From: a virus
Direction: 5' to 3' (one strand)
Virus record (IMG/VR): IMGVR_UViG_3300017613_000255
DNA length: 37,050 bases
This document shows positions 31,342 through 37,050 of the stretch, one piece after another; within the stretch, counting starts at the first letter, position 1, and each line of letters starts with the position of its first letter. Made by a program: the position numbers and the translations under genes. The notes beneath the pieces were generated by a model that saw nothing but the letters and a program-made list of their open reading frames with translations, ran no database searches and was not told the DNA's origin.

Positions 31342-32478
31342 ATGCATACTACTAATCTTAAAATAGAATATATTCCCATCAATAAACTCAAAGCATCGGA
31401 ATATAATCCTCGCAAGGCATCTGAGAAGGAATACGCTGACCTCAAGAAGTCAATCGAGAGGTTTGGGTTGGTTGATCCCATCATAGTTAATTCATTTAAG
31501 GATAGAAAGAATATTATTATAGGTGGACACTTCCGTTGCAGGGTGGCAAAGGATTTAGGGTATAAGGATGTGCCGGTTACCTACATCAAAATATCTGACT
31601 TAAAGCGTGAAAAAGAACTTAACCTGCGATTAAATAAGAATTTAGGTGAGTTTGATTACGATCTCCTGGCGAACTTTGATGAGGCCATCTTAACTGATGT
31701 GGGGTTTGAGAGTGATGAGTTGGATCGGATATTTGCCTTAGAGCCGGATGCCCAGGATGATGAGATACCTGATGATGCTCCGGCTATCTGCAAGACAGGG
31801 GATATATGGCAGTTGGGTAGGCATCGGTTGATGTGTGGGGATAGCACGAAGAAAGAAGATGTTGAGAAGTTGATGGGGGGGAAGAAAGCGGATATGGTGT
31901 TTACTGATCCGCCTTATGGTGTGAATTTTAAATATAATAAATATGATGATAACAACACGAAAGATGAACATAAACAATTTTGTGCATTATGGTTTAATAT
32001 ATTAAAACAGTACTCAGAATTTATTGTCATAACAGTTGGGTTTGGGAATGAACATATATTTTATGAATTTGACCGAAACTTTCATCATTTAGTTTGGTTT
32101 AAGAAGTTCGCTCTTTCCGCAAGTCCAATAGCATTTGCCCGGCGTACTGAACCAATATTTGTTTTAGGTAAGCCACCTAAAGTACGATATGATACAGATT
32201 TATTTGAATATGGGACTGACCGTGAAAAGGAACTTAATAAAAAACATCCTTGTCCGAAACCAGTTGCATTATTAAATGCGTTAATTGATCCACAGACAGA
32301 TCGTGATAAAAGTATTGTGATGGATTTATTCCTCGGTTCTGGCTCAACCCTAATTGCCTGTGAGAAAACCAATCGCATTTGTTATGGCATAGAGATTGAT
32401 CCTAAATACTGCGATGTTATCATAAAGAGGTGGGAAGATTACACAAATGAAAAAGGGCAGAAAAGCAAAGGTAGTTGA
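31342..32478 (+). CDS. ParB-like nuclease domain fused to an N6-adenine/N4-cytosine DNA methyltransferase
   Basis: ATG at 31342 after GGGGGTGG. The ParB-like N-terminus has YIPINKLKASEYNPRK...IIIGGHFRC. The methyltransferase part has FTDPPYGV (motif IV) and DLFLGSGSTLIACE (motif I). Confidence 0.85.
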   Translation: MHTTNLKIEYIPINKLKASEYNPRKASEKEYADLKKSIERFGLVDPIIVNSFKDRKNIIIGGHFRCRVAKDLGYKDVPVTYIKISDLKREKELNLRLNKNLGEFDYDLLANFDEAILTDVGFESDELDRIFALEPDAQDDEIPDDAPAICKTGDIWQLGRHRLMCGDSTKKEDVEKLMGGKKADMVFTDPPYGVNFKYNKYDDNNTKDEHKQFCALWFNILKQYSEFIVITVGFGNEHIFYEFDRNFHHLVWFKKFALSASPIAFARRTEPIFVLGKPPKVRYDTDLFEYGTDREKELNKKHPCPKPVALLNALIDPQTDRDKSIVMDLFLGSGSTLIACEKTNRICYGIEIDPKYCDVIIKRWEDYTNEKGQKSKGS

Positions 32479-32824
32479 TTTCCGGCAGTTTGAGGAATTG
32501 TGTAAAATCCAATGCACACAGTTGGAGATATGTGCTGTCTTGGATATTGGTATAGACACACTCAATAAACTGCTCAAGGTTGAGTATGGCAAGGGGTTTG
32601 CTGAGTTGCGTGAGAAGTATAAGGATTATGGCAAGGCATCACTAAGGCGGATGCAGTTTAAGTTGGCTGAGAGGAATGCCACATTATTGATATGGCTAGG
32701 CAAACAATACTTAGGGCAATCTGATAGGATAGAGGTGGATAATGATGAGATGGTTAATGAGGAGCTTGAGTTTGTTTCTGTTCCGAAACAAGGCAACGGG
32801 AAATACAGGCGATTCTACAATTAA
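32447..32824 (+). CDS. terS: Terminase small subunit
   Basis: HTH-like N-terminus and LRRMQFKLAERNATLLIWLGKQYLGQSD. It lies directly upstream of TerL. Confidence 0.7.
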   Translation: MKKGRKAKVVDFRQFEELCKIQCTQLEICAVLDIGIDTLNKLLKVEYGKGFAELREKYKDYGKASLRRMQFKLAERNATLLIWLGKQYLGQSDRIEVDNDEMVNEELEFVSVPKQGNGKYRRFYN

Positions 32825-32863
32825 AGTTCCAGAGGATAAGCCAATCGAAATACCAGACTGGGG

Positions 32864-34159
32864 ATGGGTAGATTGAGATTAAAGAAATACACACCACATG
32901 AAGGGCAACAGGCATTCCACTATGCTTGTGATAATATGTGGAGATTTGTTCTCATGCTCTGTGGCATCAGGGGTGGCAAGACTTATGCCGGTGCTAGGGA
33001 AGCTGTTAAACAGGCATGGAATAGTAAGGTTGATATTAACATTCCATTTGGTATAGTAGCACCCACATTCCACATGCTTGACAGAACCACATGGAGAGAG
33101 TTTAAGAATGCGGCTAGGCCATTAATCTTAAAAGAGAATGACAGTAAGAAAATTATCACTCTTAAAAACAAGAGGGAAGTGTTTGGCTTCTCAGCAGAGA
33201 ATCCAGATAAGATCAGGAATGTTACCCTTATGGGTGGGTGGGTTGATGAGGCAAGGGAATGTAAGAACTTCATGGAGTTATGGGATGTGTTGCTTGGCAG
33301 GGTGTTATCTACAGATGGAAAGATATTTGTTACATCATCCCCGAACTCATTTGATGATCTGCATGAGGTCTTTGTTGAGAAGAAGCAGAAGGACTATGGA
33401 ACAGTCAGGTTCAGCACATATGAGAACACCACCATCAGCAAGGAAGCGATTGACTCATTAGCACAGAAATACGACAGTAAGTTCATGGAGCAGGAAATCA
33501 TGGGCAAGATTGTTGTATTCGCCGGTCAAACCTACTACGCATTTGATAGAAGATACAATGCAGGTGATTTAGCTTTCAAGGTATCACAATACAATCCTAA
33601 CCTACCACTCAACCTATGCTGTGATTTCAATGTTGATCCTATGGCATGGGTAATCACTCAATATGGATTTACAAGCGATGGCTTAAAAGAGATCAGGGTT
33701 ATTGATGAGATATACATTCGCAACTCTAACACAATCGAGTGTTGTAATGAGTTTAAGAGCAGGTATCCGACTCACAGGTCAGGTGTGAATCTCTATGGTG
33801 ATGCTACCGGCAAGGCAAGACACACTAATAGTAATATAACTAACTATCAAATTATTGAGAATGAGTTAGGGCAATATAGAGTTAGTAACCGTGTATCTTT
33901 ATCCAATCCTGGTGAGAGAGATAGGATTAACTCAGTTAATGGGATGATATGCTCTAGCACTCAAGACAGGAGAGTGCTAATTAATCCGAAGTGTAAGCAT
34001 CTCATAGCTGATTTTGAGCAGGTGTCTTACAAAGAGGGAACTACACATATTGACAAGGGAAAGAATTTAAAACTCACTCACGCATCAGATGCACTAGGGT
34101 ATTTTATAGAATCAGAGCATAGTTTGAATAGGGAATTAACAACAGGTATCCCAATATAA
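32864..34159 (+). CDS. terL: Terminase large subunit
   Basis: Walker A CGIRGGKTYAG, Walker B GGWVDEA, and nuclease acidic motifs CCDFNVDP, GDATGKAR, HASDALGY. Confidence 0.9.
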   Translation: MGRLRLKKYTPHEGQQAFHYACDNMWRFVLMLCGIRGGKTYAGAREAVKQAWNSKVDINIPFGIVAPTFHMLDRTTWREFKNAARPLILKENDSKKIITLKNKREVFGFSAENPDKIRNVTLMGGWVDEARECKNFMELWDVLLGRVLSTDGKIFVTSSPNSFDDLHEVFVEKKQKDYGTVRFSTYENTTISKEAIDSLAQKYDSKFMEQEIMGKIVVFAGQTYYAFDRRYNAGDLAFKVSQYNPNLPLNLCCDFNVDPMAWVITQYGFTSDGLKEIRVIDEIYIRNSNTIECCNEFKSRYPTHRSGVNLYGDATGKARHTNSNITNYQIIENELGQYRVSNRVSLSNPGERDRINSVNGMICSSTQDRRVLINPKCKHLIADFEQVSYKEGTTHIDKGKNLKLTHASDALGYFIESEHSLNRELTTGIPI

Positions 34160-34171
34160 GGAGATTTTAAG

Positions 34172-35746
34172 ATGGCTAACATTAAAGACATGATCGAGAA
34201 TCCACATCCAATCTACAGGGAGAACTTGAACTATTGGAATTTCCTATTGGATACCTATGAAGGGGGGTTGTCTTATACAGGTGCTAATGTGCCTTATGAC
34301 AGAATTAAGAATGTGGGTTCGTTTGATCTTGTTGTTGAGGGTAAGAAATACACAAGGACAGAGAATACCAATCTATTCAAGCATAAGAAGGAACGATACG
34401 AAGATTTCGCTGAGAGGATCAGGATGAGTTATTACTACAACTTCACAGCACCTATAATTGACATATTCACAGACCATTTGTTTAAACAGCCGGTCATGGA
34501 AGAATTTATGAATATTGAGGATACTGTTGAGAAGCGTGAGGAGAATGTGGACAGGATGGGTTCTAGCATAGATGAGTTCAGAAGGTCATCTGCCGACCTC
34601 TCACAAATCTATGGTCATTCATTTGTGTTGGTGGATATGCCACAGAACCAGGGTGAGTTGAATTTACAGCAGAGGGTAGTCAATGACCAATTCCCTTACT
34701 TTGTGCAGTATCATCCACAGATGGTAATGAACTGGAGTTTAGACCAGTTTGGTAAGCCATATTGGGTGCTTCTCAAAGATGTGCAGGATGGGAATACGAA
34801 TTGGGAGAATTATGATAAAGAGAATCCCATGAATACAACTTATAGGTTGTGGACAAGAGAAGGATGGATGGTGTTTAATACTGATTATGAACAGATAGCA
34901 GAAGGCACACATCAACTCAAAGAAGTGCCTATTGTTTGTGTTAAGGACAAGCCAAGTAAGAAGGTAAAGAATTTCTTAGGAGTTAGTGCTATTGCTGATA
35001 TTTCCTTTGTAGCAAGGGATGTGTATAATCTATGTTCTGAGTTACAGGAAATCACAAGGAATCAAACATTCTCATTCTTGGCATTACAGGGTAAATCAGC
35101 TAGTTACCAGGAAACAGAGGTTGGCACAAATAAAGGGTTGATCTATCCTGAAGGACACAATGCACCTCAGTATGTTTCTCCACCTGCTGACAATGCAAGG
35201 GTGATTATGGATCAGATTGAGAGGCAAGTTGAAAAGATGTTTCAGTTAGCCAAGCTAGAGAGTGGGAGTATGGCATCTAAAGGGCAAACAGCAGTAAATC
35301 AGAGTGGCACAAGCAAGGCATGGGATTTCAACCAAACCAACTCTGCCTTATCCAAGAAATCACAGAACTATGAAGATGGTGAGATGAAGATGTGGCAGAT
35401 GTTCTCTAAGTGGGAAGGTAAGGAGTTTGAAGGTCATGTGGTGTATCCTAATGAGTTCAGTATCCAGAAGCTAGATGATGACCTTGAGGAAGCCAAGAAG
35501 ATGCTTATGCTAGGACTTGGGAATATGGTGAATCAGGAAGTTAAGAAGGCAGTTATTAAAAAGAAGTTCCCAAGAAAGCCGGATGAGGAAATTGATGAAT
35601 TAGTAGCCGACATGGAATCCACAGGTGAAGATAAGTTAAGTGGCGGTAATGGTAATGGTGGTGGCAATCGGCTTTTTGATAGATTAGGTTTAAGAAAGAA
35701 AACTGTTACCCAACAGGGTGAGAAAAAGGGGGGTTTTAATGTTTAG
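34172..35746 (+). CDS. Portal protein
   Basis: 524 aa immediately after TerL. The N-terminus YRENLNYWNFLLDTYEGG...ERYEDFAERIRMSYYYNFTAPII resembles DUF4055-type portals. Confidence 0.8.
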   Translation: MANIKDMIENPHPIYRENLNYWNFLLDTYEGGLSYTGANVPYDRIKNVGSFDLVVEGKKYTRTENTNLFKHKKERYEDFAERIRMSYYYNFTAPIIDIFTDHLFKQPVMEEFMNIEDTVEKREENVDRMGSSIDEFRRSSADLSQIYGHSFVLVDMPQNQGELNLQQRVVNDQFPYFVQYHPQMVMNWSLDQFGKPYWVLLKDVQDGNTNWENYDKENPMNTTYRLWTREGWMVFNTDYEQIAEGTHQLKEVPIVCVKDKPSKKVKNFLGVSAIADISFVARDVYNLCSELQEITRNQTFSFLALQGKSASYQETEVGTNKGLIYPEGHNAPQYVSPPADNARVIMDQIERQVEKMFQLAKLESGSMASKGQTAVNQSGTSKAWDFNQTNSALSKKSQNYEDGEMKMWQMFSKWEGKEFEGHVVYPNEFSIQKLDDDLEEAKKMLMLGLGNMVNQEVKKAVIKKKFPRKPDEEIDELVADMESTGEDKLSGGNGNGGGNRLFDRLGLRKKTVTQQGEKKGGFNV

Positions 35747-36512
35747 ATTATTTTGTTTAGCAGTATTATCCAATCTTGGTATGTTAGCTATCTTGAATTT
35801 AGGTGAAAGGGGTGAAGCAGGTGGTGATCCTGCATCGCCACCCTCACCCACAGAAACTAAATCATTCACACAAGATCAAGTGAATCACATGATGGCTGAG
35901 AACAAGAAGGGTATGCAAACTGATTTAATGGCTACTCAAGAGCAGGTCAAGATACTTCAAGATCAGTTGCAGAAATACCAAGTTGATGAAGAAAGCAAGA
36001 AACAAGCCAAGCTAGAGGAAGCAAAAGAGTATGATAAGTTGAAAGAAGGTTGGTCAACTAAAGAGAACGAATATAAGGGATTGATTGATAAGCATAACAC
36101 CACGATCAAGGATATGCAGATTACTCATTCTCTCACAGCAGAGATTTCTAAACAGAACGGTTATTTAGATGCTGTTCAGTTAGTCAAATCACTTGCCCAA
36201 ATAGATGACAAAGGAATTGTCAAGATCAAAGGCAAGAATGCTAGTGGAGTAGAGGATTTACTTTCCGTAGAGGAAGGGGTGAAGGCATTTTTGAAAGATA
36301 GACAATACCTTGTCAAATCAACAGGACATGGGGGAAGTGGCTCACCACCTGCCACAGGTGGAACAGGTGGGCAGATTGGCTCTGATGATCCTATGAAGGA
36401 TGCCAGAGAACTGGAAGCCGCTATGAGAAGTGGCAACAGGCAGAAGGTCATTGAAATCAAAGCGAGAATTTCAGCAAAACAAGCTGAGAAAGGCATAAAT
36501 GCTATCCTTTGA
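35739..36512 (+). CDS. Scaffolding protein (start uncertain; listed ORF begins at GTG 35718)
   Basis: ATG at 35739 after AAGGGGGG. The middle is coiled-coil and Lys/Glu-rich. It lies between the portal and capsid genes. The first 20 residues are unexpectedly hydrophobic. Confidence 0.65.
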   Translation: MFRLFCLAVLSNLGMLAILNLGERGEAGGDPASPPSPTETKSFTQDQVNHMMAENKKGMQTDLMATQEQVKILQDQLQKYQVDEESKKQAKLEEAKEYDKLKEGWSTKENEYKGLIDKHNTTIKDMQITHSLTAEISKQNGYLDAVQLVKSLAQIDDKGIVKIKGKNASGVEDLLSVEEGVKAFLKDRQYLVKSTGHGGSGSPPATGGTGGQIGSDDPMKDARELEAAMRSGNRQKVIEIKARISAKQAEKGINAIL

Positions 36513-36539
36513 AATACTGAAGAAAGGAGAATTAAACAA

Positions 36540-37050
36540 ATGAATTGGTTTTTAAGATTGATCCAAAAGTTACAAAGCAATAAGGGTATGGCAAATGAAA
36601 CTACTACAACAACTATGGAAGAAGCTATCCCTACAGTTGTTGAAGCATGTTTACTTGAATTGGATGATGGAGATATTATCAAGCCATTGGTTAGGAATGT
36701 AGCATTCCCTGGCCCTGGTATTGTGCATGATACTCCGTTCATTACAAGATTGACCTCTGAAACAGACAGCAACTTAGCTAACCAGGCACTTGACACAAGT
36801 GGTAGTGATGAAACATCACCTAGCCAAGCAACAGTCGGTGCTCATGGTGCGACTGTGTTGCTCAAGCCATTAGCTGTTATGGGTTCTGTTAGTGATCTAG
36901 CAGTTGCGGCAGGTCAGTTAATCGGACAATGTTTAGCAGTAAGGCGAGATTTAGATCTTGCAACATTGTTTGCTAGTTTTACACCGAATCAAGGTGATGC
37001 AAATGAGGACATTGTAGTTGCTGATCTTTATGCGGCATACAAGGAGTTAA
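36540..37050 (+). CDS. Major capsid protein, N-terminal portion (runs off the window end and continues at 122..522)
   Basis: ATG after AAAGGAG with no stop to the end of the window. It is in phase with 37..522 through the duplicated 121 nt. Confidence 0.75.
   Translation, partial: MNWFLRLIQKLQSNKGMANETTTTTMEEAIPTVVEACLLELDDGDIIKPLVRNVAFPGPGIVHDTPFITRLTSETDSNLANQALDTSGSDETSPSQATVGAHGATVLLKPLAVMGSVSDLAVAAGQLIGQCLAVRRDLDLATLFASFTPNQGDANEDIVVADLYAAYKEL
36930..37050. repeat. Terminal direct duplication, copy 2 (identical to 1..121)
   Basis: Exact 121-nt match read directly. Confidence 0.9.

Noticed and set aside
35754-35765. 12-mer TGTTTAGCAGTA shared between the scaffold gene start and the terminal-repeat start (1 and 36930)
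   Set aside because: By a rough estimate, tens of chance 12-mer coincidences are expected in 37 kb. The flanks do not match.
36176-36796. 206-aa ORF on the minus strand, the longest antisense ORF
   Set aside because: It lies entirely antisense to the scaffold and capsid genes. It has no SD and a low-complexity Ser/Leu/Pro-rich composition typical of shadow ORFs. Every supported gene in the genome is on the + strand.

Overview
The window is a complete, circularly closed genome of about 36.93 kb from a tailed dsDNA phage with siphovirus-like architecture. Bases 1-121 are repeated exactly at 36930-37050, and the major capsid gene runs across that junction. Every credible gene is on the + strand and packing is tight, with many ATGA or short-overlap junctions and G-rich Shine-Dalgarno sites of the GGGGG type. 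Three sigma70-like promoters (about 19507, 22058 and 31277) and two intrinsic terminators (about 19445 and 22155) divide the genome into three units. (1) Late unit: ParB-fused DNA methyltransferase, TerS, TerL, portal, scaffold and capsid; then a 7.6-kb island of unrecognised genes; then head-tail joining genes, tail tube, chaperone with -1 frameshift, tape measure, Dit, Tal, fibre and holin-like genes. (2) Early unit: a 46-aa ribbon-helix-helix regulator, an exported SleB-type hydrolase, ERF recombinase and a PD-(D/E)XK exonuclease. (3) Middle unit: a structured leader or small RNA, replication-organiser genes, a DUF1064 nuclease, a 4.3-kb glycosylation island, a metallophosphoesterase, a PAPS-reductase-like protein and a miniature C5-methyltransferase-like gene. 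I found no integrase, CI-type repressor, polymerase, helicase, tRNA, CRISPR array or reverse transcriptase. The most unusual content is the capsid-proximal ORFan island, which holds exported proteins, a 797-aa LamG-like repeat protein and an acyl-carrier-protein-like gene. Next is the multi-glycosyltransferase and sugar-nucleotide island, together with a further GT2 inside the structural operon. All functional calls come from reading motifs by eye. No database search was run.
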